Positions 12,941-35,555 of a DNA stretch of 64,000 nt are shown piece by piece. The position numbers and the translations under genes are program-made. The stretch is from Callorhinchus milii (taxonomy: Eukaryota). Under the pieces are notes generated by a model, which had not been told where the DNA came from, did not search any database, and was given only the letters and a program-made list of their open reading frames with translations. Position 1 is the stretch's first letter, and every line of letters starts with the position of its first letter. The stretch lies in NCBI RefSeq assembly GCF_018977255.1, contig NW_024704763.1, forward strand, positions 2,914,001-2,978,000, written 5' to 3'.

Positions 12941-13435
12941 GGGGAATGGGGGTGGAGTGGGAAGAGGGGGGGAATGTTTAAATGACTTGGTGTTGGAATA
13001 AAATCTCCACTTGGGAAGCATTAATACTGTGAGCGCAGAGGGAGGAGCCCTTTTTCAGAGAGCTATACACTTGTTAAATAAGTTTCTAATTCTAGGTTGA
13101 TTCATTATGGGTGGGTTAGACACCATTCTCCGTCCCCAAACCTGTTGCATAATCCCCCAAATTTAAGCTCTTTCCAGCTGAAGTTTCAGTCTGAATCTAT
13201 GTGTTCTGCTTGTTGTGAAAGGCGCTATACAAATGTAATCTTGTTGTTGTTGTTGCAGTTACCTATCTCCAAAGAAGAATTCTGCCTCTATGCGAATGTA
13301 GGATATGTACCAGTTAAGACCAGCCCCATCTCTCTGTGTGTGAATCGACTCTCTGCCGCACAAACCTATTTATTTGCTGCAACTTAAGATCGCTGGTGTG
13401 TGCTGGGTACCATCTGCAAATACTGAAACTGCATC

Positions 13436-13441
13436 AATAAA
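13436..13441 (+). terminator. Probable NMRK polyadenylation signal
   Basis: AATAAA downstream of the last exon, followed by a GT-rich tract. Confidence 0.55.
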
Positions 13442-13979
13442 GTATCTGCCCTACACCTACTCTGCCTCTTGGTTTGTGGAAATTGGTTTGGTGAAATGTT
13501 AAGAGTAAATGGCTTCTAAACATGGCACCAATAGACAACAACTGTGCACTTAACTAACACCTTTCATGTAGAACGTCTCAAAAGTTCTTTACAAAAGTCA
13601 GAATGAGATGGAAGGAGGGGGAGGAAAAAGGTGCAGGTGAACTACAATCCCTGCATTTGATATAGTGCCTTATGCTGTTGAGACGTCTCAAAGGGCTTCA
13701 CAAAATATACTGTAAAGTGCCTTGACTGTATTTTGTGGGCAAAACGTGGTGGGTTAAAGCAGAGAAGAGGGCTGAGGGTTTGGGTGACATTACAGTGACC
13801 TGTTGACATTCCTCTGATTCAAATGGTCTTTTACTTCCTGACTTTCGTTTGGACGTTGCTGTGCACAAAGTAATTATTGTTTTGCCCACAAAATATACAG
13901 TTAATTCACTTTACAATATATCCTGTGAAGCGCTATGAGATTTCTCAATGACTTGATAAAATACTATATCAAATGCAAG

Positions 13980-14630
13980 GATTGTATAGGTTACAGGAGG
14001 ATTTGAACATACTTGGGAATTGGGCAGATCGATGGCAGATGAAATTCAATGTGGAGCAATGTAAAGTAATAATAATAATACTTGCATTTGAAATAGCGCT
14101 TTTCACGTCTTCTAGACATCCCAAAGCGCTTCACAGACTATACTGTAAAGTGAATTGACTGTATATTTGTGGGCGAACGCGGCAGCCAATTGCGCACAGC
14201 AATGTCCCACAAACAGTCGTAGATTGAAAATGACCAACTTATTATGGTTTTTTGAGGGCTTATTATTAGACGTATGGAGTAAGGAAACTTGCCCAAGGTT
14301 TTGCCCTCTGCCTGGAATTGAACTCAGGTCTCTCGCTTGCAAAGCGAGTGCTCTAACCATTGAGCTACACTGAGTACTTCTCATGGGGACACAAAATCCT
14401 GGAAGGGACTCTTATTTGAATGAAAGGACCTGGGGGTCCTGATTGACAATAAATTGAAGCTCTCCCAACAATGCTCTGTGGCAGTGAGTAAAGCAAACCA
14501 GATGTTGGGGTGGATCAAAAGCAAACCAAAATACTGAGGTAATCCTGACACTGTATAAATCATTGCTGAGACCATACTTAAAAGAGTACTGTGTACAGTT
14601 CTGGTTGCCGCAGTACAAAAAGGATATCGG
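13980..14630 (+). mobile_element. CR1 LINE RT fragment interrupted by a SINE
   Basis: QEDLNILGNWADRWQMKFNVEQCKV before 14066. After 14430 it reads DLGVLIDNKLKLSQQCSVAVSKANQMLGWIK. Both are CR1 ORF2 C-terminal motifs. Confidence 0.8.
14066..14372 (-). mobile_element. Full-length young tRNA-derived SINE
   Basis: Complete head to (TTA)n tail, closely similar to the 30232 copy. Confidence 0.85.
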
Positions 14631-14671
14631 AGAAATACGTCACACAGATAATTTGAATAGCTTTGGTATGC

Positions 14672-14677
14672 TTTATT
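14672..14677 (-). terminator. Probable SQOR polyadenylation signal
   Basis: TTTATT on + strand (AATAAA on -), about 340 nt after the stop codon. Confidence 0.55.
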
Positions 14678-15017
14678 ATAGAAGTCGACCGAGTTATGTG
14701 CCCAACTCCAAGAAATCAAAAAAATAATGGTTCTCCTGCCTTTGATGGGATTTTGTTCAATACGTGACAGATCCAGGTCTGAATAACAAGAGCCACAGAT
14801 GTGGTGTCAATGTACACGTGGAAGATTAGTGCTGATCTGACTCAGGTCAGAAAGGGTTACAGAGTCATCAAGTTAGCATCTCAGTTCGATTTTTTTTTAA
14901 AAAGACAAATAGGCTTCTGATCAGTGAAAATTAAGATTTGACAAATCAGGTGACTAGACAAGAGTTCAAACAAATGGAACGATTATCGTAATGGTTGGTC
15001 TGAGCACAAACACTCAC

Positions 15018-24865
<9,848 letters not shown>

Positions 24866-25047
24866 TCACAAATACAGAATCATCCACAATATTGGCCAAA
24901 TGGCCTATTCTTGTCCATCTTTGACCATTTCTTACAAAGGCCACGACACGAGGCAATGCCAAAGCAACCCACGGTGATAAATGTGGAGCACAGTGACTGT
25001 TTTTTTTGTAAGGAAAGGCCTATTTCCAACTTGACAACTGTAGGACC

Positions 25048-26050
25048 TTGAGTACCACCTGTTCCCTCGACTCCATCCCTACCACACTCCTTACCTCCAG
25101 GCTCCACCTCCTTGCCCCTCTACTCACTGACATTGTTAACCTCTCCCTGTCCTTCTCTAGCCCTCGGATCATCATATGCGGCGTTCCTCGGGGCTCTGTC
25201 CTTAAGATCGAGGCTCTCCTGATTGGCTCCCATCAGCGCCTCCTCACCTCAGGCGCTGACAACATCACCATCCATGGTTGCACAGTCCACCTTGCTAAGC
25301 CAGTCCGGAACCTTGGGGTCTTGTTTGACCCTCAACCATCCTTTCTACCCCACATCTGCACCATGACCCGCTCTGCCTTTCCCTATCTCCGCAAGGTTAC
25401 CCGGCTTCGACACTGTCTCACACCACAGGCCGCCGAAACCCTCATACATGCCTTCATTACATTGAGACTTGACTATGCAAACTCACTGCTTGTCGGCCTC
25501 CCCAACTCCTCCCTCCACAGGCTGCAGATCATCCAGAACTCTGCAGCCCGTGTTCTCCCCCGCACCAGGCTCCGCAATCCTATCATCCCCATCCTTGCCC
25601 AATTCCACTGGCTTCCCATCACACAGAGGATACAGTTCAAGATCCTGGCCCTCACCTTCAAAGCCCTCCACGGTCTTTCTCCCCCCTACCTCTCCGACCT
25701 CCTAACCCCCTACCATCCTGTTCGCTCCCTCTGCTCAGCGGGCTCTGGCCTGCTTCATGTCCCCCGCCTTGCTCACCCCACTGTCGGTGGCTGGGCCTTC
25801 CCCACCCTCTGGAATCTCATCCTGCAGTCCCTCCATCTCGCCCCCTCCTTCGCCACCTTCAAGACCCACCTCAACACCCTCCTCTTCGATCGTGCTTTTG
25901 ATCTCCCTGCTTCCCCCCCTTTCCCTACCGCCTCCCCCACCCCGACCCTCAGCTCGAGTCCGTAACTCTGTCTAACCAGCTCTTGGGACATCCTCCCGAC
26001 TTGAAAGGTGCTTTAGAAATGTAATCAAATGTAATGAAATGTTGTTGTTT
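25048..26050 (+). mobile_element. Internally deleted L2 LINE (RT remnants, ORF2 C-terminus, 3' tail)
   Basis: TCSLDSIPT, GVPRGSVL, VRNLGVLFD, LIHAFITLRLDYANSLL, LQIIQNSAARVL, HWLPITQRIQFKIL. Tail GGGACATCCTCCCGACTTGAAAGGTGCT...(TTG)n. No YADD motif. Confidence 0.9.
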
Positions 26051-28694
26051 TCTTATTGTTGACGCAAAAGTTTGAACAAGTTTTCGTAACTACTTTACAG
26101 CACTAATGAGGCTCTTCCAATACCATCATTTTCTGCAGGAACGCACCTTAAATACACATGAGCGCCTTGTACACACGTCTAATACACAACCAGCAATTCA
26201 TTGCAAGGCGTCTTACAGATTCCAACTACTCAAGGTCCTACAGTTGATAAAAAGAAGTAAAATACTTGTATTTGTTGCAACATCTTATCATTTCAAAACA
26301 GTTCCCGTTAACTGTTGAAGTGCAGTGATTCTTGCCAACGTAAGGCAAACTCAGCAGTTAATCTACAAAGAGCATAAGATCAGTTGACCCTCTTGGTTTT
26401 ATGGTGAACTTGGAGGAGTAAGAAATGTTGACTTAGACACAGAGAGAACTCCTTGCTCTTCAAAAGCAGTTTCTCTTGATGTACTGGTCAACAAGTTCCC
26501 CCAGGCAAAATTGGTCATTCCCGTCATGGCTGTTTGTGAGACGTTGCTGTGTGCAAAATGACCACCACATTCTCACACAAGGACACACATTATAGTCACT
26601 GCACTTTACAGTACTGTATACCCTGTGAAGCACTTTGAGACATCTCAATGATGTGATCAGGTGCTATATCAAATGCAAGTATTATTATTATTATTATTGG
26701 CTGTAAATTACGAAACAGATTCTCCCTCCCAAGCCTTTGCACTGACATTAGATATCACTGAGAGATAGTTTTATGAATTTTATGTTTTATTGTCGAATAA
26801 CTTGAAAATAATGAGGTGGGGAAACGTTGGGGGGGGGGGGGGGGGGGCGGGGGAGAGGTGGAATCTATTCTGTTCAACAAAATAAGATTTTAAAATAATA
26901 AATCACATTTCTGCTCTCAGATTGATCAATCCTGCCTAATCCTACCTGAACAGTGTGATTAGAAATAGGTTAATGAGAGCAAATCACTGAAAGAGCAGAA
27001 AGTACAGCTGTGTTTTCAGGATTTAGTAGATGGAAGCTCAGTTTCACCAATTACCTCCTGAGCAAAGTCTTGCACTGAGCTCGATCAATCACACACAAGA
27101 GTGTTTTCAAGACAAATAGATTTGCTTTGAGTAGCCGAGACAACCTTCAAACCTGCTTCTCATGTCCATGATCCATGGGTAATAAATAGTGAGATATGTA
27201 GTCTCATCTCACAACAACTTACGTTTGGTACCTTTCGCCGTGACTAAGAGATTGAAGCCGACCTGTTCTTGTGACGTGGATTATGGTCAAACGTTCAAAC
27301 TACAGCACATTCACCAAGTGGTCCCTCAATCCGAGAGGAACATTTGAGAAAAAAAGTTGCTTTTCTCCACTTTGTGCACCACGTGGGGAGGGAAGGCTAT
27401 ATGCAGGTCCAGGTTCACAAGAGGGCCTAGCAAAGACAGTTTTGTAAGTTTTTATAACATTCTCGGCCGTCGGTGAACCCAAGTCATAAACTGGAGGCGT
27501 GTCCACTTGGGCAAGAACTCAAGCAATGACTGTACGGCTTGCGGTCGGTGGTAGCATTTGTCAAACCCAAACCACAAGTGTCTTTTCAACCTCCCAGTGA
27601 ACTTTGGCTCCCAAATTCTTTCCTTTCCCCGCCCTCCACATTCAGCTTTTACCTTTAGCATTCTTGCTCCTTTCGTTCTTGAAACTGAGCTTCCCCGGAA
27701 GCTCAAAAACAAATTGAAAACCTTGGCTTCGCAAAGTCTTCTGCTAAATGATGCCTTACCTCCACCACCGAGAATTTGTATTCTCTTAAGAGTATGTTTT
27801 ACTGCTCCACTGGATGAGAGACAGCGACAAGCAGCTTTGATGCACAGTAATTTGATCCCATTTCCTTTTTTGTTCCTGAGAAAATATTCCCCACTCCGGG
27901 CCTCCACAAAGACTACAGCCTCATCATCCGCGATCATCCTCAACAATAAACCACCCTTGTAAGATGGGCCAAAGGCCTAAAACTATCTTTGTCTCCCATC
28001 CACCCGGATGTGGGAATGGTTAATCCGTAATGTTTACCCATTGTCACAGTTTTAATTACTGACTGCGACAAAGTTCGAAAAATGATTTTGCAACAATTAA
28101 AAAAAAGTCCTCACTCCTTTCGCTCTCCTGTCAACAGCCAAGCCTTCAACCAGTTAGCTCTCTGTGTACAACATTCTTCCAAATCCATTCACTACCTCTT
28201 TCTCGGGTTCCCGAATCCTCTGAAAAACACATCTCTTTGACATCAACATCTCTCCATCTCTGATTTCCACAGATTGTCTCCGCGACCATAATTGTCAAGC
28301 AGTTTGAGACGTTCTTTAAACAGAGAGTGCTGCACTAAAATACAAGTTGTTGCACGTTTCGCCCACAAAAATATTGTAAAATACCCTTTACAGCATATTC
28401 TGAGAAGCGTTTTGAGATACCTCAACGGCGGGATAAGGCGCTATATCAAATGGAAGTATTATTATTTTTAAGAACTGCAAAATGGTTTTACAGGCTAACA
28501 ATGGGTGTAATTTCTGGCCTCCGGAGAGGATGGAAGGAAGATAAACAGCGAGACAAAAAGAATAGTTCAGGAAGCAGAGATAGCAGCACAAAAACTGGAT
28601 GCACTATTGCCAAAGTTAACTCAAACAGCATTTTGGTTCTTTTCTAATCCTTCCCACAGTGGATATGTAAATAACAATTTGCTGCATAATAATT

Positions 28695-29012
28695 TTTATA
28701 ACCCTTGCATTTGATATAGCACCGTATCACGTCGTTGAGACGTCTCAAAGCGCTTCGCAGGATATACTGTTAATCTGATTGTGCATTCTGTGGGCGGCAG
28801 TCAATTGCGCACAGCGGTGACCCAAACAGTCGTGGATTGAGTGACCTTTTTTTTAGGGCATTATTACCCCCGGATAAGTGATCGGCCAGTCGACTAACAA
28901 CCAGGATCACTGCCAGGTAAACAAGAGGTGTGCGGAGTAGGGAAACTTGCCCAACGTTTCGCCCTGCCCGGGAATCGAACCCGGGTCCTCGCTCAAACCA
29001 CCATACTACGGG
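28695..29012 (-). mobile_element. tRNA-derived SINE
   Basis: Tail, body and head (GGGAATCGAACCCGGG). Confidence 0.8.
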
Positions 29013-29077
29013 TCTCCCACAAAATGTACATCAGGGCTTTATCCTGGTCACAGGCGGATTCCTTGGCAGAGAGGAAG

Positions 29078-29113
<36 letters not shown>

Positions 29114-29315
29114 CAGACAGACAGGTCCAGCAGCTGATAAGAAGTGGGTCTGAAGCTGTTGTCCTCTCTTGGTCTCCCCCACAGCCCCAGGTCCCACCAC
29201 CCCTACATTCCTGCTCTGAGATCCCTTTCCCCATCCCTCACCCCCTGTGCAAAGCCACAGCCATTTCGTTTACAGACGGTCCCTTTAAACCCAACACATC
29301 GATCTCTGACCGACA

Positions 29316-29332
29316 GAAAGAGAGAGAGAGAG

Positions 29333-29366
<34 letters not shown>

Positions 29367-29462
29367 CAATTCTCAGCTGTTCGCTGCGGATTTATGGCAA
29401 ACGAAAGTCCAGAGCTGGAACAACAGAACAAAAAGTTGTCGAGTGACATGTCCCCCCCCCCC

Positions 29463-29496
<34 letters not shown>
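29316..29496 (+). repeat. (GA)n and (TG)n microsatellites in the probable SQOR 5' region
   Basis: Direct inspection. Local CpGs suggest the SQOR non-coding first exon is nearby, but it was not resolved. Confidence 0.85.
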
Positions 29497-29497
<1 letters not shown>

Positions 29498-30231
29498 CCA
29501 CCTCCCAGAGCCCCCGACCCTTCTGGATCCCAACCACAAAGAACATCTGGACTCGAACCTCTCAGTTTGCGCATCGATTCTCCCTACGTTTTAAAGGGAA
29601 ATTGTTCTAATTGGAAGAGCGATCGGTCCTCACCTCCTCTCGTCCTGGGTTTCTTTTTAAAATATATATATGTATATATATATCAAAAAAACCTGCAAAC
29701 GACTTGTGGTCAATCCATCCCTCGGGGGCTCCAGCCCTTCACCACCCACTGTCCTGGAGCCCTAATGAGATTCGCTGCCTCCCATCCTGTAGCTCATTCG
29801 TTCGAAAGATTTGGGTCAGAAACAAGTCAACGCCCCCTTTTTATTTTTATTTGATACCAATTATACTTCAAATGGCCTTTCTTGTTTTTTCACGTGATGA
29901 CACTTCTTTGCAACCCCCCCACCACCACCACTGGTCCCCACGTTACATCTCTCCTGGTTGGGGGTGGGGGTTGGGGGTGGGGGTTGGGGGTGGTTTGGAA
30001 CTTGGTTCAGTTGGTAGCACTTTGACCTGGACTTTTGAGTTCCCGGTCATCTAATTATGGTGACACTGGGAGAATAACAACGAGATCACATTTGCATAGC
30101 GCCTTTCACGTCGGGAGGACGTCGCACTGTGTCGTTGGGCAATGTCAGCACTTGCGATGAGATGCTTATGTTTTAACGTTTAACCCCCGAGTTCCCCGTC
30201 CATCTGTGAAAGTGGATCTTAAAGATCCTGT

Positions 30232-30232
30232 G

Positions 30233-30267
<35 letters not shown>

Positions 30268-30569
30268 CCTTGCATTTGATATAGCGCTTTTCACGTCGGG
30301 AGGACGTCCCAAAGCGCTTCACAGAACACACTGTAAAGTGAATTGACTGTATATTTGTGGGCGAACGCGGCAGCCAATTGCGCACAGCAATGTCCCACAA
30401 ACAGTCGTAGATTGAAAATGACCAATTTATTATTGTTTTGTTTTGTAGGCATTATTATTAGGCTCTGTGTGGAGTAAGGAAACTTGCCCAAGGTTTCGCC
30501 CTCTGCCTGGAATTGAACTCAGGTCTCTCACTCGCAAAGCGAGCGCTCTAACCACTGAGCTACAGGACT
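30232..30569 (-). mobile_element. Full-length young tRNA-derived SINE
   Basis: Long pure (TAA)n tail. Body near-identical to 60912-61100. Confidence 0.9.
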
Positions 30570-31482
30570 CCACGTATAGTATCAAATGATACTATTTGAA
30601 GAGAGTTTCTGTTGGTTCCTGGCCAGCAATCGCCCAGATAAAATTGGTCACCAACTTGGTGGCTGTTTGTCGGGACTCCCAATGCAGCGCTGGGGGAGTG
30701 TTGAGTTGTCGGGGAGGTGCGGTCCTTCGAATGTAGACCTTTCACAGTAATTCCTCTGAAGTGCTTCGAGACTTCTGACATGATGAGGCGCTGTACGAAA
30801 TGCAAGGATTATTATTAAAGTTCTACTGGGACTGTTCCGAGAGGAAACTGGAATGATCTGAGTGCATTGGCGTGAACGCAATCTATTCATCAGTCCAGTC
30901 CCGCTGTGGTCCACTCCGTTCCTCAAACACTGATGATTTAGACAGGTAATCACTGTGTACATATTAACCAGGAATTTAAGTGACTTTATAAAGACCTGTG
31001 CAGTTTTGCTACAATGAGATTACATATCACAGGGCTGCCCCGTATTGCCTGAAAACCAGACAACAGCACTGACAGTCACACATCCCAATTACCACTAGGC
31101 AGCAAACGAGCTGCTTAAAGGGTAAAGAGGAGGCGCTGATATTATAACCTAATTTATCACTCTTCTTATACCAGTATTTCATTACTTCATCCATAAAAAT
31201 GCTTACCTACTTGTAAGAATAATCCCTGGATTTGATATGGTGACCAATTTTATCTGGGCGATTGTGACATCAAAATGTCAAAGTGCTTCACAGGTAATTG
31301 CCGTCAAGTGTAGTGACTGTTCTTTTTTTGGGTCTCTCATCACTTATACAGGCCCACTCATGCTCAGTGGGGGAATTTTTTATTAAAGAAATTGGCAGGA
31401 TTGTCCGAAAGGCCAACCTAACTAAATATTGGTTGCAACAAAAAGACAAAAGACACCCAGGAACAGTTTGAGAAATTCAAAT

Positions 31483-31488
31483 TTTATT
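31483..31488 (-). terminator. Probable BLOC1S6 polyadenylation signal
   Basis: AATAAA on - strand about 770 nt after the stop. A second one lies at 31379-31384. Confidence 0.45.
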
Positions 31489-32258
31489 TGTTTCGCCTCC
31501 AACATCTTCACCCAAGTGTTGGTAAAGGCCAAGGAAAATGTAACACGGTAAGGAATTTGCCCAGTGAGTTCTAATTTGGCTCAAATCCAAATCGAAATAT
31601 TTCTGAGAGAATATCAAAGGAACAATGCAATTACTGCCATAAAAAAATAAAAGTGTAGCCACAGTTGCCAGCGAGGTGAACTTCCAGAGGCCTGACTGCT
31701 AGGAGGTTGCATGTGAAGGAAATGATGGTGGAATCCCAGTCTCTAACCCAGAACCTCTCAGCTCCAAATGAGACCGAGAGCCGTGTCCCACACCACAGCA
31801 CAGGGCATTGCTGTTCCAATGTACCTCTGGAATTCCCTTTCATAGGACCCTGTGTTGGGGGCCCAACTGTCTCTATTATCTGGAGTTAACTTTGCATTAT
31901 GTTGTTCCTGTGCCCCCCCATCCATACAGAACACACTTTTCCTTTTACACATTAAAACATTTCAAGAGCACAAAATACTGTGTTTTTTATACTATACGTA
32001 TATATAAAAGAAGAAATCACAAGCTGCAGTTGAAATCTCATTGCAAACCAGACTCCCACCCTCCCCCTCCTTCACAGCAGAGTCTACATTACCACACTTG
32101 GCTTGTAGCTCAAATTATGAAATAAAGTGATCTTTATAGTTCATAGATTCCTGTGCGGCAAACAGAACCCCTGGGTTCCCGGCTGCTCTGTAAGCCGGAG
32201 ACGTTGCTGTTTGCGGGGTTTGTGCTGATCCACTCGGCTCTGAATGATGTACGCTCCG

Positions 32259-34307
32259 CTACGAGCGTTTGGCCGGTTTGGCGATCAGCTGCCTCTCGCG
32301 CTCCAGGTCTCTCTCTCGCTGCTGCTCTCGCTCTAACTCCTCCTTCTGTCTCTGCTGCTGAAGTTTCAGGGCTCGTCTCTGCCAGCGATCATAGTGAAGG
32401 AAATGTGGGGGTTATTGTTATTAGTATTATAAGATGAGGCACAGTTACCTCTGGCTATGGCTGTTTTGTGCTCCCTCACTATTGTACTGGAGCATCATTG
32501 ATCTTAAGTCATGCTGCCTGCTCAAAGACACACAGGTTGAACAGGAGGCTAGAGTTCTACCAGCTGAGCCCTGATATTCTGCCACGTAACTTGTCCTAAC
32601 CACCTGCCTATTTACGATGTTCTCTCAACAACAGCATCATTACATTTACACAGCACTTTTCAAGTCATAAGGATGTCCCAAGGTGCTGGACAGTTAAGGG
32701 TTTGCACTCAAGCTGCTCCCAGCTGCATGAGCCAGTGAGACAAACGGGAATAAAACACACTTCACTTGCCTTCAGTTTGGTTGTCTTTTCGTGCAGGGTG
32801 ATCATCTCCTTGCGAATGTTAACCAGTTTGTTGTGGTAGAATTTAGCTTCTGCGAACTAAAGGGAAAGAACACAAAATATTTTAAAAAGACGAATTGATT
32901 CAAAATATGTTCACAAATACTTACACATCAAAATTTATATTATATCAACTGAAGATTATGTGTAAAAAATATAGTTCCGGAGTGCGCTGCCTGAAAGAGG
33001 GGTGGAAGCAGATTCAATAATAACTTTCAAAAGGGAACTGGATATATATACACTCGAAAAGAAAAAAATGTACATGTCTATGGGGAAAGAGCAGGGGAGT
33101 GGGACTCGTTGGATAGCTCTTTCAAAGATGCAAGATTTTTGCCTCCTTCTGTGCTGTAGGATTCTATAAAACGCATCAAAGCACTTTGCAGTAATTGCTG
33201 TCATAATAATTTAGTCACTCAATCCACAACGGTTCAGATGTAATTTTGTATCGTACTGTGCATGTCTTGTACTTACAAGTGCATTGATATCCAGCACTAA
33301 ATGGCACTCCTGGAATTTGCAGATCTCTTGTTCCAAGGTGTCCAACAGCACCAACTGGTTCTGTCTAAAACAATTTGAAACAATATATAATAGTTTGTGC
33401 ACACACGCAACAAAGCTGCCTCTCATATAAAGACGCAAGACATGCTATGCTGCTCCCACTATCAGTTCAACCCATTCCCAAAGCGAATTGCAACTGTTTG
33501 AACGAGAGGAATGTTTGCATAAACTTACGTCAGTTCCTGGAGGGAGCTTTTGGATCGCTGTAGGTCAGGGAGGTAGTGGGAGATCAACCCCTCTGTCAAT
33601 TTTTCCACCGTCTCTTGGTCAACAGGCATTGCTTCGCTGGAGCTCTCACACTCTGCTTCGAGTTCTTTACGATTCACACCACAGGAGAAACATAATAATA
33701 ATTCATGCATCTTTCTGAAGTGAAGGGCACTAAGTGTAATTTGTTGTTGTTGTTGTTGTTGACATAGCGCCTTATCACGTCTTTGAGATGTTTCAAACTT
33801 AACAGTTGTGGGTTGAGTGACTAAACTATTATTTTTTTAGGGATCATTACCCAGGAAAGCGATCCACCAATAGACTAACACTCGAGTTCCTACTTGCTGC
33901 GTGGGGAGTTCCTACTTACTGTGAGGCGTGAGGAGTAAGGAAACTTGCCGAAGGTTTCGCCCCGGCCGGGAATCGAACCCGGACCCCGTCGCTTGCGAGG
34001 CGAGCGCTCTGACCATAATGCTGCAGGGCTCCACTGCAGGAAAATGGCTGTGGGCGGGGAACGAAGCGTCACCAGAGGGTAGCCTCGGAGGGAGACCCTC
34101 AGGTTGTTGCTCGTCATCCTGAGAAGCCCTTTTCCTCAGTGGGCTTTTCCCTACAGCAACTTGCTGCGCGTCTCCACGTTAATCAGGAGGTTCATACTTC
34201 CTGTGCCACCTGTGCGACCCAAGCCAATTAATCTCACCTGCCGAGCCATCACCTGGAAGTGAAGCGGTGCGTGGAGGAGCTTCGGAACTTGTCTTCTCCG
34301 GCTCCAT
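32259..34307 (-). CDS. BLOC1S6: BLOC-1 subunit 6, pallidin (5 coding exons, 166 aa)
   Basis: complement join(34238..34307, 33529..33664, 33277..33364, 32770..32856, 32259..32378). Protein: VEKLTEGLISHYLPDLQRSKSSLQELTQNQLVLLDTLEQEI...LDINALFAEAKFYHNKLVNIRKEM...RALKLQQQRQKEELEREQQRE...AKPAKRS*. Intron 4 is GC-AG. Exon 1 is assigned by phase and is less certain. Confidence 0.93.
32977..33168 (+). mobile_element. CR1-like LINE 3' end in BLOC1S6 intron
   Basis: GCTGCCTGAAAGAGGGGTGGAAGCAGATTCAATA...CCTCCTTCTGTGCTGTAGGATTCTAT. Confidence 0.75.
33745..34028 (-). mobile_element. tRNA-derived SINE
   Basis: Head GGGAATCGAACCCGG...CGCTTGCGAGGCGAGCGCTCT plus partial body. Confidence 0.75.
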
Positions 34308-34399
34308 CGGTGCCCACGAAAGGGAGCCTTGTTGTTGGTGGTGGGGGGAGTGGGGGGGGGGGTGGGGGCGGGGGGAGGAGGGGGCACGAAGCGAGCGAG

Positions 34400-35555
34400 G
34401 GTCCGTTTCGGATACTTCCTGCGATGTTTCCCTCCCTCCTAACGTCCAGGCGACTGCAATCAACCAGATTGAAGAGAGTCAGTCAGTCAGTCAGTCATTC
34501 CGCTCTCCAACGTCCCCGGCGTCGATTCGAGCACATCTGACGCAAAACACACTGCACAGCCGGTGTGTCCCCCCCACCCCACCACCCCGAACCCACCCCC
34601 ACCCCCACCCCCCCACCCCCACCCCCCCCCGAGGAAGCGCTTCGAGACGTCTCGACGACCCGATAACGGCGCCGCATCCAAAAGCGACGACTGTCAAGAA
34701 ACAAGTTAGGGTTTGCGACGGCGCCTTTCAGGTCGGGAGGGGCGGCCCAGCCCCCCCCCACCCCCCCCACCCCCCACCCCCGGCCAGCGCCTCGGGGGGA
34801 GGGGGGGGGAGGGGGGGGCCTTCACCCCCGACGTGGAGGCGGCGCGACCGCAAACGCCGTCTGTTGCGTTGTTTCGTTGTTGCGCTGCGGTTGTAAAAAC
34901 TATTATTATTATTATAAGAGACTGTGAGAGGTCCAAATTCATCACATCATACACCCCCTCCCCCTCAAACCCCCCCCCACCTCACCCCAAACCCCCCACA
35001 ACCCCCCACCCCAAACCCCCCACAAACCCCCACCCCAAACCCCCCCACAACCCCCCACCCCAAACCCCCCACAACCCCCCATCCCAAACCCCCCCACAAC
35101 CCCCCACCCCCCCCCCCCACCCCCAGTGTGTGTGTGTGTGCTGAGGGAGAGGGAGAGGGAGGGGCGGCTCCTGGGGGTCGATCGTTGTAGCTCCGCTTGT
35201 AGGAAAGGCCGAGGCCGAGGCCTTCCCCCCCCCCCGCACTCCCCGCCCCCCCGCGCGGCCGCCAAGGACCTGGAGTTCCCGACAGGTCCCGAGACCCCAC
35301 CGCGAGCGCTCGGTGTACCTGCGGCCGACCTCGGGCCTCGGGAGGGAGGGAGGGAGGGGGCGGGGCCACCGCAACCCCCCGCCCATCAGCGCGAAACCCC
35401 GCCCCCTCCCTCGCTCACTGACGCGCTCACGCCCCGCCCCCCTTTATGCCGAAGCCCCGCCTTCCGGTCACAGACCCCTCCCCCTCCCCCCCCACCCCCC
35501 GGCCTGACATCAGCTGTGAGAGAACATTTAAAGGCCCCGCCCCCACCACCATCTC
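34400..35555. promoter_or_regulatory. CpG island and probable divergent promoter region of BLOC1S6 and SLC30A4
   Basis: High CpG and GC content, several GC boxes (CCCCGCCCC, GGGGCGGGG), ETS site CTTCCGG at 35461, C-rich tandem tract 34955-35125. Lies between head-to-head genes. Confidence 0.65.

Noticed and set aside
28930-29610. 226-aa ORF
   Set aside because: Made of a SINE head plus GA/TG microsatellites, with no protein-like content.
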